This document shows positions 53,536 through 61,993 of a stretch of 64,000 nucleotides of DNA, in pieces; position 1 is the first letter of the stretch, and each line of letters begins with the position of its first letter. Below the pieces are notes generated by a model, which did not search any database, was not told the DNA's origin, and saw only the letters and a list, made by a program, of their open reading frames with translations. This stretch comes from Parcubacteria group bacterium (lineage in GTDB: Bacteria > Patescibacteriota > Minisyncoccia > JACPHC01). The stretch is from positions 45,519 to 109,518 of the forward strand of contig JACPHC010000001.1 in the NCBI GenBank assembly GCA_016188775.1, in the 5' to 3' direction. Made by a program: the position numbers and the translations under genes.

Positions 53536-54322
53536 AAAAAATTACATCATCGTAACGCCGACTGGCTGTAAAATACCATAAAAGCGCCACGATAAGATGC
53601 GTAAATAAAATGACAGCGATAGTCGTAAGATACGATATGCTTCGCCACCAATGATGTTCGATATTTTTTGATACCGCCGCCATCACCCAAAAATACTGAC
53701 TCTCGTGCGAGGGACCGAGAACCTTATTAGCCCCTTCATACATGGCAAAATTGCTCTCCGTGGGATATATCCTCCAAAAAGTAAAAAGGGTATTTCGTGA
53801 TTCAAAATATTGCGAAGATGCGTCCGAAAGGATATCTGCCGGAACCTCAGGAAAGTCGCGATAAAAACTGCTTGCCTGCCCCGTATACAACTTGTTGTTG
53901 TACGGGGCCTCTGCCTGACCGGAGGAAAACTTCTCTTTTCCCCGATCGGGATTTGCAAGATAAAGGCCGCCCGCGTCAAGAAGAAAAACATCCTCGCCAT
54001 CTCGCGCGAGCCTTCGCACCTCCTCAAGAAAATAGGACGCGTCAATTACCGAGACAATAACCTCTTCTTCGCCGCGTGGCCACGCGCCAGAGCCTTCGGC
54101 GCGGTACGGGACAGGCGTAGCATAAAAAAGCGCGGCCGACCCTTCGTGCGCTATGATTTGTGAAATATATATTTCGCCATCCGAAAGAGTTCTTGCGCGC
54201 GATACGGTATCAAAAATCGCAGGGGAAACTTGCCCGCAAAGAGTATCCCCTGATTTTTCTTGCCTTATCCGCATAAAGCAATTATTCTTTTGAGATTTCT
54301 TTGTATGCCTCGTTTCTTTCAA
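53519..54322 (-). CDS. Cache-like extracytoplasmic sensor domain protein with C-terminal TM, no output domain
   Basis: GEIYISQIIAHEGSAALFYATPV and GEDVFLLDAGGLYLANPD match the Cache-domain strand patterns (G..Y.S...D..TG......P and G..y.ld..G). C-terminal TM LTTIAVILFTHLIVALLWYF. Confidence 0.45.
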   Translation of the reverse strand: MKETRHTKKSQKNNCFMRIRQEKSGDTLCGQVSPAIFDTVSRARTLSDGEIYISQIIAHEGSAALFYATPVPYRAEGSGAWPRGEEEVIVSVIDASYFLEEVRRLARDGEDVFLLDAGGLYLANPDRGKEKFSSGQAEAPYNNKLYTGQASSFYRDFPEVPADILSDASSQYFESRNTLFTFWRIYPTESNFAMYEGANKVLGPSHESQYFWVMAAVSKNIEHHWWRSISYLTTIAVILFTHLIVALLWYFTASRRYDDVIFYGEPE

Positions 54323-54578
54323 GAAAATTGAAAAAGTCGGCGTGCCTTGAAAGTGTTTTTAAAAAAAGCAGGTCTTTGCCGGCGCTTCCGGGAAAATCAT
54401 TCATCACGGCAAATGTATTTTTCAGCCGGTCGTCAATGTCATTGCGAACCATCGCTTCGCGTAGCTTCTCTGTCTCGGCATAACGGAAGGAAAGAATAAT
54501 AATGGATAATGCCGCGGAAATGCCGATCAAAACCAAAGCCAGCGCGATTAATTGATTTTTCGAATAATTCCATATCAT
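54282..54578 (-). CDS. small N-terminal-TM protein (likely N-terminal part of the Cache sensor, split)
   Basis: I chose the start at MIWNYSKNQLIALALVLIGISAAL. A TM helix is followed by an amphipathic helix (EKLREAMVRNDIDDRLKN). It ends 4 nt before the in-frame ATG of the Cache ORF in a different frame. Confidence 0.4.
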   Translation of the reverse strand: MIWNYSKNQLIALALVLIGISAALSIIILSFRYAETEKLREAMVRNDIDDRLKNTFAVMNDFPGSAGKDLLFLKTLSRHADFFNFLERNEAYKEISKE

Positions 54579-56224
54579 ATTTGCGTTTCTCGTTGCCGTT
54601 TCCGCAGCCACGCAAAGAAAGCAATCGCCGCTACAGCAACAAGCCCCAAAGCGAGCCAAAAAATCCAATACGAAGACGCGCCTTCGGGAGCAATGCTAAA
54701 TTGCGCTTCAAAAACATCTTTTACGCCTGCCCGTCCGGCAGACGAGTCCGAATCGTAAAGCGTACGAAGAAGCAGGGTGTAGGACCCGGGGGCGAGCTCG
54801 TTTGCGTCAAGAAATCGCTTTACAAATACTGCTTCGGTCTGGACGGTTGTCGTATCAACGCTCTTCCATAATTCCTGCCCATCTCCGCCGATGATTGAGA
54901 ATGTCATTTCAACCGATGCGGGCACGCGACCAAAACTTTCAAAAGTTACGCGCGCGACCAAATCCACAATCCGCGCTACGCTCGCGCGATCCAAAAACAA
55001 CCGAATATCAAAAAGCGCTTCCGGGATCGTTTCTTCGGGAGACGCCCCGGTTTCTTCCGGAACCGCTTCTGTTCCTGCCGCCATGCCAGCTGAAGCTTGA
55101 CCTACCTGTCCGGCAGGCAGACTTGGTGTTGTTCCGGGAAACGGTCCGATGGCCGGCGCCGGAATAGAAAAGAATGGTTGTAGGAATGACGGCAAATCAG
55201 ACGCGGAGAAGATGCCAAAGAGCGTCAAATGATTAACCGAGAAAATCGCGCTATTTCCAGAAAAGACCGCATCGGATATTTTTACCCACAATCCTTGCCC
55301 TTCGTCAAAATAATACACGCCAAGGTCGCTCCTGCCCTGCAAGCTATTGGGAATAGTGAGGGTAATTTGTATTGGCTTTAAAAATGTGTGTATTAAATTT
55401 CCCGCGCTATCGCGCGCGACAACATTAAATAATACTTCTCCAAGCACGACTACGGTTGATACGCTCACATCTACCGATGCGGGCCGTTCAGAAGCAATAA
55501 TCGTCAGCTCGTCCGTCGCAATAACATTGCTTGGCACCTCTACTCTTATCGTTTTGCCATCGGTAAGGTTTTGCGTAAGAGTGCCTGACTGCGCCGGGAA
55601 AAGCCTCATCGGCACATCATAAGCTTCAATGCGCGCGGGAACGGCTTGACCGCCCGATCCGGTAACTGTCGGCGGAAAGAATCCGCCTCCTCCCCCGCCA
55701 CCACCGCCTGAAGACACTGAAGGAGGGGTGGTTGCAGCCCTAAAATTCGCTGGTCGGAAATCGGTACGCACATCACAATTCGCGCAATCAAAAGTGAGCG
55801 TGCCAACAATCGAACCCGTTGCTTGACCAATGAATTTACCCGACGAGTTGATTGACACGCCGGAAAAATTTATCCAGCCCAAGCTCGATCCCCACGCGTA
55901 TCCAGAAAGCGCGCCGGCAGCCGAAACCTTCACGCCAACATTGGTAGAAGCGCTGGTCGGCGCCATATTGATCCAGCCATAATTTGCATTCCATGCGTAA
56001 CCACTCATGCTTGCCTCGCCGGCAGGCGAGCCGCTATCAGTAATATGAATGTTGCCGTTTGTAACGCCAAAATTGACCCAGCCCGTCTGGTCACTCCAAG
56101 CAAAACCCGCGTTCCCGCCGGTAATAATAGTGCCGTCTGTTTCGGAAGCATAAGCGAGATTCGCCGCGCCAAGCAAAAGCACGAGGGAAAAAAATATTAT
56201 TTTAATGGGGGAAAAACTTTTCAT
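54575..56224 (-). CDS. secreted Gly-rich repeat protein with C-terminal TM anchor
   Basis: Signal peptide MKSFSPIKIIFFSLVLLLGAANLAYA. Repeats of G[YF]AW-x5-6-GW[IV]N[FM]. A Gly9 run (GGGGGGGGGFF). C-terminal TM YWIFWLALGLVAVAAIAFFAWL followed by RKRQR. Confidence 0.6.
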   Translation of the reverse strand: MKSFSPIKIIFFSLVLLLGAANLAYASETDGTIITGGNAGFAWSDQTGWVNFGVTNGNIHITDSGSPAGEASMSGYAWNANYGWINMAPTSASTNVGVKVSAAGALSGYAWGSSLGWINFSGVSINSSGKFIGQATGSIVGTLTFDCANCDVRTDFRPANFRAATTPPSVSSGGGGGGGGGFFPPTVTGSGGQAVPARIEAYDVPMRLFPAQSGTLTQNLTDGKTIRVEVPSNVIATDELTIIASERPASVDVSVSTVVVLGEVLFNVVARDSAGNLIHTFLKPIQITLTIPNSLQGRSDLGVYYFDEGQGLWVKISDAVFSGNSAIFSVNHLTLFGIFSASDLPSFLQPFFSIPAPAIGPFPGTTPSLPAGQVGQASAGMAAGTEAVPEETGASPEETIPEALFDIRLFLDRASVARIVDLVARVTFESFGRVPASVEMTFSIIGGDGQELWKSVDTTTVQTEAVFVKRFLDANELAPGSYTLLLRTLYDSDSSAGRAGVKDVFEAQFSIAPEGASSYWIFWLALGLVAVAAIAFFAWLRKRQRETQI

Positions 56225-56227
56225 AGA

Positions 56228-57007
56228 TTAGTTGCCGCCTAAAATAACAAGTATATCCGCCTCCGTATCTTTTTCGCCAGAAGGCAGTTCGGAAGCCGCG
56301 CGTCCTCCGAGAGCCGCGATAAGCGAGTTCACAAGCTGTAATTTTTCCACATCGCGGTTTTTATTTACAACAAGCGTCTCGGAATAATCTTTTTTATGAG
56401 CATCGGTTACTTTTAAAACTTTGTATCCGGCATTCCCGCTGATTTGTTCGGCGATTTGCGAAGCTAAACCATTTTTGCCCGTTCCATTTCTTATTTCTGC
56501 CGTCAATATCGCGGACCCTTGCGGAACGGATGCTGAATTTGCTGTTTCGTTCTGAATATTTGAATTTTGACTTGCCCCGTTAAATTCCAAAAGAATTTGT
56601 TCGGAGTCATTGGGATTTGTTTGGGATTTGCCTGCCCCGTAGGGTCGCGAAGCGTCTCCTTCGGGGGCGCTTGGGATTTGATCATTTCCAACAGCAACCT
56701 GCGGTTGCTGTTGTATAGGTCCCATATTCACAATCATCTTTCGCGATGGCGAATAAAGCACCGCTTTTAAATTACGCGGAAAAAGCAACAGCTGATCGCC
56801 ATTGACCGCGCCGGTAAAAAACGCTTGTTGTTTAATCAGTGTTTCCGCGTCAGTCACGGTTGCGAGCACGGGTTCATCGCCTTCGGGAAGAATCATGAGT
56901 TCCCCAACAGACGCCATTGCCGCGGCCAGTTCTTCTCTGGCTTTTTCTTCCGGCGTCGGTTTGTCAAAAAGATAATATCCGCCAACCGCGAGAACGCCAA
57001 TAAACAA
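56228..57007 (-). CDS. LytR_C (LytR/CpsA/Psr C-terminal) domain-containing membrane-anchored protein
   Basis: N-terminal TM. The C-terminal ~90 aa (YKVLKVTDAHKKDYSETLVVNKN...LVNSLIAALGG...DILVILGGN) match the LytR_C pattern. Confidence 0.55.
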   Translation of the reverse strand: MFIGVLAVGGYYLFDKPTPEEKAREELAAAMASVGELMILPEGDEPVLATVTDAETLIKQQAFFTGAVNGDQLLLFPRNLKAVLYSPSRKMIVNMGPIQQQPQVAVGNDQIPSAPEGDASRPYGAGKSQTNPNDSEQILLEFNGASQNSNIQNETANSASVPQGSAILTAEIRNGTGKNGLASQIAEQISGNAGYKVLKVTDAHKKDYSETLVVNKNRDVEKLQLVNSLIAALGGRAASELPSGEKDTEADILVILGGN

Positions 57008-57297
57008 GAAAACGAATATTGAGCGCCTTTGCGTCTTACCCGTCTTCGCTCCCTCTTCGATTTTAGCTTCGGAAAGGCGCAGTAAAGCTACGGCGGGTAA
57101 GAAAACTAAACGCAGTATGTTTCTTGCAATCTTGCAACTCCTTGGTAAGAAAAAGTTTCGGTGTCTTTATAATTCTCGCTCTGCTTGTCCTCCCTAGCTT
57201 GCTTGTCCGCCAAAGCTTCAGCGTCGGAGGAAGCGGAGGAGGATAAAAATCGTGTTTTTAATTTTGTAGTTATGTTTTCCATAGTAAGGGCTCTTGC

Positions 57298-57345
57298 CCC
57301 GTTAGAGATCGCGAGGGTCCGCAGAGTGTTTCCATCTCTAACGGG
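57298..57345. repeat. 12-bp perfect inverted repeat with 24-nt loop in a GC-rich intergenic segment
   Basis: CCCGTTAGAGAT (57298-309) pairs with ATCTCTAACGGG (57334-345). Confidence 0.7.
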
Positions 57346-57402
57346 ATCTTTGGGTTGCCCCGCCCTCTACGCCAGTAAGTGTCACGCCTAGGCATAGAGA
57401 GC

Positions 57403-57411
57403 GGGGGGGGG
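57403..57411. repeat. G9 homopolymer tract (C9 on the coding strand side)
   Basis: gcGGGGGGGGGtacc, located 12-20 nt beyond the stop codon of the 1377-aa gene and ~400 nt upstream of the LytR_C gene. Confidence 0.9.
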
Positions 57412-57422
57412 TACCTCCTTGG

Positions 57423-60400
57423 TTAATTTGACGAGGTGGATTCTGGTTGCGCCGCGGGCTCGTCCTGAGCGGAGCCGAAGGATTCCGTAACAGGTTCGGA
57501 CACTGGAGCCGGGACCGGTTCTTCTGCTATCTCTGATGCCACCGGCGCTTCGACTTGTGGTGAGCTTGTCGAATCCACCACCAACTCCGCCGTCGGCGCT
57601 TCATTCACATCTTCAAACGGCACGGTTTCTGCCGGTGTTTCCGACTGTGCCGCTTGCTGTTGTGTTTCCAGTTCTACCGGCGCCGCATCCCCTACCACGC
57701 CAGTCCCGCCAGCTTGTCCTTCGGGATTAGAAAGCGGAGATGACCCTCCAAGCGAGCGGAGTTTTTCCGCCGTCACGCATACAAGCTCATTTGTATTGTC
57801 ATCAACAAGACAGAGTTCATTCGCCGTGAGCCGTCTCCATCCGGACTCAAGAGTAACTAAGAAACCATCAACTTTGTGTACAAACTGCTGGAAAGCGCGA
57901 ACGATGAATGGCACGAATCGGTCGTACTGTAATGCCTTCTTGCCGCCAACATCCGTCACAAGCCCCTTCAATATTTCAATCTGTTCAACATCCTGCGCGA
58001 TGAAGCCGGCGTAAGCGCCATCTTTCACAATGCGTTCGCCATTCTTATCAAGCGCATACTCGCCATTTTCATCTATTACATAATCATCCTCGCTCGGGCC
58101 GTTTAGTATCCAGTCGAACTTCACCGGATCAAGCGCGAGCACCGCGGAAAGCGCGTCTTCGCCGTCAATCGCGCCGATATTTTTCTTGAGTGATTTGTCC
58201 GATGAACACGCGAGCGACGCGGTCTGGCCTTCAATAATACAGCTCATACCAAAGGAGTTTTCGAAGATAGCAAGCGTGGTTGAGGCGTTTGAACTTGCGT
58301 CGGTTACGCGAAGGAGTGTATTAGCAGTTTGCGGCACACTCACCGTCGCAAACCTCACAATCACCACACCCGAGCCACCGTTGCCACCTGAATAATTTGT
58401 AGGAATAGTATTGTTGTATCCTCCGCCTCCGCCTCCGCCACCCGTATTCGCATTGCCATTAGTTCCATTAGCGTCAACTCCTCCCGCGCCGCCACCTCCG
58501 GTACCTCCGGCGCCCGCAGTAGTTGACCCTTGCACATACCCTCCTCCTCCGCCGCCGCCAGCATAAGGAACAGAAGACCCGGTGATGGAGGTTGAAGTTC
58601 CATTTCCTCCTGCTCCGGAAGCGCTTCCGGACGCAGTAGCGCCGACCGCGCCTGCGCCTCCTCCACCTCCCGCAGTGCCATTTGTTGTTGAACCAATACC
58701 ACCGTTGTTTCCTTGACCAGCTATTCCAGTTCCACCTGTAGTTGCAGCACCACGAGCGCCACCACCTGAACCGCCATTACCACCATTAGAAGACATAGCT
58801 GCGCCGCCACCACCGCCAATAGCGGTAATGGTGCCAAAAACAGAATTAGAACCATTGGCCCCATTCACGGAAGATCCAACGCCGCCAGAGCCGCCAGCTC
58901 CTACGGTAACGGTATACGATTGCGCAGTAACGGAGTAAGAGGTGTTTGAAATGTATCCCCCCGCGCCACCGCCACCAGCGATAGCAGAACCACCTCCTCC
59001 GCCACCAGCAACAACTAGAACTTGCACTGAAGTAATACCAGTAGGCGGCGTGAAGCTACCGCTACCATTGTATTGAATGACCGTATCAGTGCCACCAACA
59101 GTCGTGCTGATGATGGTACCGCCGGTGGAGACGAGGCCGGGGTTGATAACTGCAGGAAGCGAACCGATTACCGCTAATTTCGTATTGGAAGAAATAGTTG
59201 AAGTACCAACTGCTACATTACCCGCGTTGTAATAGATATTTGAACCGCTTGTAGTCCACTGTGAACCAGCGCCGAGAGCAGAGCCGTTCCATTTAAGAGT
59301 ACCGCCTTCGTTATAAAGCGCGTTTGTGGTAACGCTCGGTGTGCTTGACGCGAGAGTAAGTCCATTTTGAGAAAGCGTTAGCCCGGTCGCGGTCGTTGTC
59401 GCCAGTGTCAACGCCCCGCTAAATGTTTTGTCTCCCGCAAATGTTTGCGTTGAAGTGGAAACTAATCCTCTGGCTGTCGCGCTCGCGTCCGGCAGATTGA
59501 ACGTATGCGTATTGCCGCTTGAGGTAATACCGAAATTTGCGCCAGCAGTCCCGACGGCAAATGTCTGCGTTGCGGATGTCAATCCGTTCACGGATGTAAT
59601 ACCGGATGAAAGACCAGAAAGCTGATTGCCATTCCAATACAACGTACCGCTTTGATTATAAAGTAAATTAGTTGTCGTACCGGGATTGATTGAAGCGATA
59701 GTAACCCCGCCATTGCTGGTTATCGCGCTGCCGGCCGAAGACGCGCTTGAACTCATCGCGCGGTTCGTTCCGCTATCGGCTACGGCAACATATACACCGT
59801 TGCCAAAAGCAATGCCTTTCCAGTTGCTGTCCGCGGCTGATGTCTGCGTCGTCCAAACAATACCATCGGGTGAAACCATCACGCGATCACCCGTACCGCT
59901 GCTCGCGACTGCCACGAATTGTCCGCCGGCATAAATGACCGAACGCCAGTCATTCTGAGCCGAGGGCGTTCTATTCGTCCAAGTAATGCCATCAGGCGAA
60001 GTTTGAACAAAGCCCATGCCGGGAAGCCCGCCTATCGCCGCGAAAACTCCGTTTCCATACGCTACGGAATAAAAAATTTGGCTATCATCTCCGATTGAAC
60101 GAATAGTCCATGTAATGCCATCAGGCGAAGTCATGGCGCGCTGTCCGCTTCCGCCAACAGCCACAAATAAGCTATTGCCGTAGATTACAGATTGCCATGA
60201 ATTATCTGCCGCGGACACTCTTGATGTCCATGTAATGCCATCGGGCGAAGTCATAATGCGATTACCTGTGCCTGTATTAGAAACTGCCACAAAAAGTCCA
60301 TTGCCATAAGTTACGGACGTCCATTGATTATTTGCGGCCGCCGTACGATTTGTCCATGTAATGCCATCGGGCGAAGTCATAACCGTCCCTGTTCCACTAA

Positions 60401-61556
60401 CACTGCCGACAGCAACAAAGAGGCCGTTGCCGTAAGTCACGGATCGCCAAACACTGGCGGCTGACGCGGATCCTTGCGTCCAAGTTATGCCATCAGGCGA
60501 AGTCGCGACAATATTAGTATCCGGAACCGCCACAAATGTCCCGTTGCCGTACGCCACGGTTTTCCATCCTAATGAACCAGAAATCGCGCGGCTTGTCCAC
60601 GCGCCTTGGGGAATAGTGGATCCGTTTGTCGTAATAGAACCACTGAATGTTTTCGCGCCGGCGAATGTCTGCGTGCTGGTTGACACAAAACCTCTCGCAG
60701 TTGACGAAGCATCAGGTAGAGTATTGGTATCCACAGCGAGAGTATTACTACTCCACGCTAAACCAGTGCCTGCTGTGATCCTGTTTGACGGCGCGTTATA
60801 GAAGGTATCCCAATTGGTCGTTGAGGCCGTAAGCGGAATATTGTAGCCGCTCGTCAAAGCAAATTGGCCGGTTGATGCGCTGTAAGCAAGACCAAGAGCA
60901 TTTGAGGACAAAGCGTTTCTCGCTCTTGCGTCCGTGTAATACAGATTGGCTGATTCCGCGACTGCCGCGGTGTTGAGCGTTTGCCAGGTCTTGTCTCCTC
61001 TGTAGTACGCGGTTGTAGTGGAAGCGGTTATGGCGCTTTCTTTGCTGTTGAACGCTGTCCAATCAGTCGCGGTCAAAAGTCCCCTCACAGTTGAAGTCGC
61101 GCTCGGCAGGTTGAATGTCAGCGCGTTGGTTGAAGTGGAAATAACAAAATCAGTTCCGGTTGTTCCCGCGTTAAAAGTGAAGTTCGGGCCGGAAGCGCCG
61201 TTGATGGTAGTAGTCGCGACAGAAAATGTTGACCACGCGGGCGTTCCGCTCGCGTTTATGGTGAGCGTCTGGCCATTAACGCCGACCGGTATCGCAAGCC
61301 AGCTCGTGCTTGAAGCCGTAACAGCCTGCAAATAAATGAGCGATCCAGACGCAAGTCCCGGCGTAGACGTTGCGACGGAGACTGGGGTTACCACATTGCA
61401 ATTCGAATCCGTAGGCGCGCAGCCGGGATTCAACGTCTCGCCCGGTTGATAAATAATCGCGAATGCCGGCGCGGGAAGGGACGTTAAAAGCATCCCCGCA
61501 ACCATAATAATAGAAACGACTTTTGAAATTACATTTTGTTTACTGTGAGTGATCAT
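57423..61556 (-). CDS. giant surface protein (1377 aa): signal/anchor, ~8 BNR (Asp-box) repeats, Gly-rich region, Peptidase_S74 intramolecular-chaperone domain, acidic Pro/Glu tail
   Basis: N-terminal hydrophobic segment. Eight repeats [TS]SPDGI[TV]WT...YGNG.FVAV (Asp-box SxDxGxTW). Roughly 200 aa of Gly-rich low complexity. CSSDKSLKKNIGAIDG...GFIAQDVEQIE fits the endosialidase-chaperone (S74) motif SDxxLKxNI...GFIAQEV. Confidence 0.85.
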   Translation of the reverse strand: MITHSKQNVISKVVSIIMVAGMLLTSLPAPAFAIIYQPGETLNPGCAPTDSNCNVVTPVSVATSTPGLASGSLIYLQAVTASSTSWLAIPVGVNGQTLTINASGTPAWSTFSVATTTINGASGPNFTFNAGTTGTDFVISTSTNALTFNLPSATSTVRGLLTATDWTAFNSKESAITASTTTAYYRGDKTWQTLNTAAVAESANLYYTDARARNALSSNALGLAYSASTGQFALTSGYNIPLTASTTNWDTFYNAPSNRITAGTGLAWSSNTLAVDTNTLPDASSTARGFVSTSTQTFAGAKTFSGSITTNGSTIPQGAWTSRAISGSLGWKTVAYGNGTFVAVPDTNIVATSPDGITWTQGSASAASVWRSVTYGNGLFVAVGSVSGTGTVMTSPDGITWTNRTAAANNQWTSVTYGNGLFVAVSNTGTGNRIMTSPDGITWTSRVSAADNSWQSVIYGNSLFVAVGGSGQRAMTSPDGITWTIRSIGDDSQIFYSVAYGNGVFAAIGGLPGMGFVQTSPDGITWTNRTPSAQNDWRSVIYAGGQFVAVASSGTGDRVMVSPDGIVWTTQTSAADSNWKGIAFGNGVYVAVADSGTNRAMSSSASSAGSAITSNGGVTIASINPGTTTNLLYNQSGTLYWNGNQLSGLSSGITSVNGLTSATQTFAVGTAGANFGITSSGNTHTFNLPDASATARGLVSTSTQTFAGDKTFSGALTLATTTATGLTLSQNGLTLASSTPSVTTNALYNEGGTLKWNGSALGAGSQWTTSGSNIYYNAGNVAVGTSTISSNTKLAVIGSLPAVINPGLVSTGGTIISTTVGGTDTVIQYNGSGSFTPPTGITSVQVLVVAGGGGGGSAIAGGGGAGGYISNTSYSVTAQSYTVTVGAGGSGGVGSSVNGANGSNSVFGTITAIGGGGGAAMSSNGGNGGSGGGARGAATTGGTGIAGQGNNGGIGSTTNGTAGGGGGAGAVGATASGSASGAGGNGTSTSITGSSVPYAGGGGGGGYVQGSTTAGAGGTGGGGAGGVDANGTNGNANTGGGGGGGGYNNTIPTNYSGGNGGSGVVIVRFATVSVPQTANTLLRVTDASSNASTTLAIFENSFGMSCIIEGQTASLACSSDKSLKKNIGAIDGEDALSAVLALDPVKFDWILNGPSEDDYVIDENGEYALDKNGERIVKDGAYAGFIAQDVEQIEILKGLVTDVGGKKALQYDRFVPFIVRAFQQFVHKVDGFLVTLESGWRRLTANELCLVDDNTNELVCVTAEKLRSLGGSSPLSNPEGQAGGTGVVGDAAPVELETQQQAAQSETPAETVPFEDVNEAPTAELVVDSTSSPQVEAPVASEIAEEPVPAPVSEPVTESFGSAQDEPAAQPESTSSN
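59960..60600. repeat. intragenic tandem DNA repeats (~121-126 bp period) encoding the BNR blades
   Basis: The motif catgtaatgccatc[ag]ggcgaagtcat recurs at 60108, 60229 and 60355, with variants at about 59981 and 60481. Confidence 0.7.
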
Positions 61557-61740
61557 AGTTTTTTATTGAGTTGCTTGAAATTGCGAGTTTCTTTATATTC
61601 GACATCAGCGGTTCGACCTTTATTATTTTTATTTCTTAATACCGCGATGTTGAACTTCGCAATCTAAGCAATTTGTTTTTTTATTAATTGTTTTTTATTT
61701 TATTTTTTGTCCGCCAGCTGGCGAATTACTTTAAAAAATA

Positions 61741-61766
61741 AAGCCCGACCATTTTGGTTCGGGCTT
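61741..61766 (-). terminator. rho-independent terminator (minus strand), hairpin 1
   Basis: AAGCCCGACC-AUUUU-GGUUCGGGCUU. On the minus strand it is followed by UAUUUUUUAAAG. Confidence 0.55.
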
Positions 61767-61856
61767 CAAGAGCCTCTATCCCGCTCTTGGCGGGAAAATT
61801 CTAAATCCTAATTTCTAAACTCTAAACATTAAATCATGCAACATCTCTCACTAATA

Positions 61857-61886
61857 AAGCCCGCAGACCTTTCGGTTTGCGGGCTT
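61857..61886 (-). terminator. terminator-like hairpin 2, related in sequence to hairpin 1
   Basis: 11-bp stem GCCCGCAGACC-UUUC-GGUUUGCGGGC. On the minus strand it is followed by UUUAUUAG. It shares the AATAAAGCCCG...GGGCTTC...GAGCCTC framework with hairpin 1. Confidence 0.45.
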
Positions 61887-61993
61887 CGTATGAGCCTCAT
61901 TTGACTATATTAAAAGTATACTACATCCATTTTATTAATCAAGTGTGGCGCCTGTGGATAACTTTTTTGCCCTACATACCGCTCTCCGTATCG

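Noticed and set aside
57185-57391. 68-aa ORF in the spacer upstream of the LytR_C gene
   Set aside because: Opposite strand to all surrounding genes, no RBS, and it spans the GC-rich inverted repeats. It is likely non-coding.
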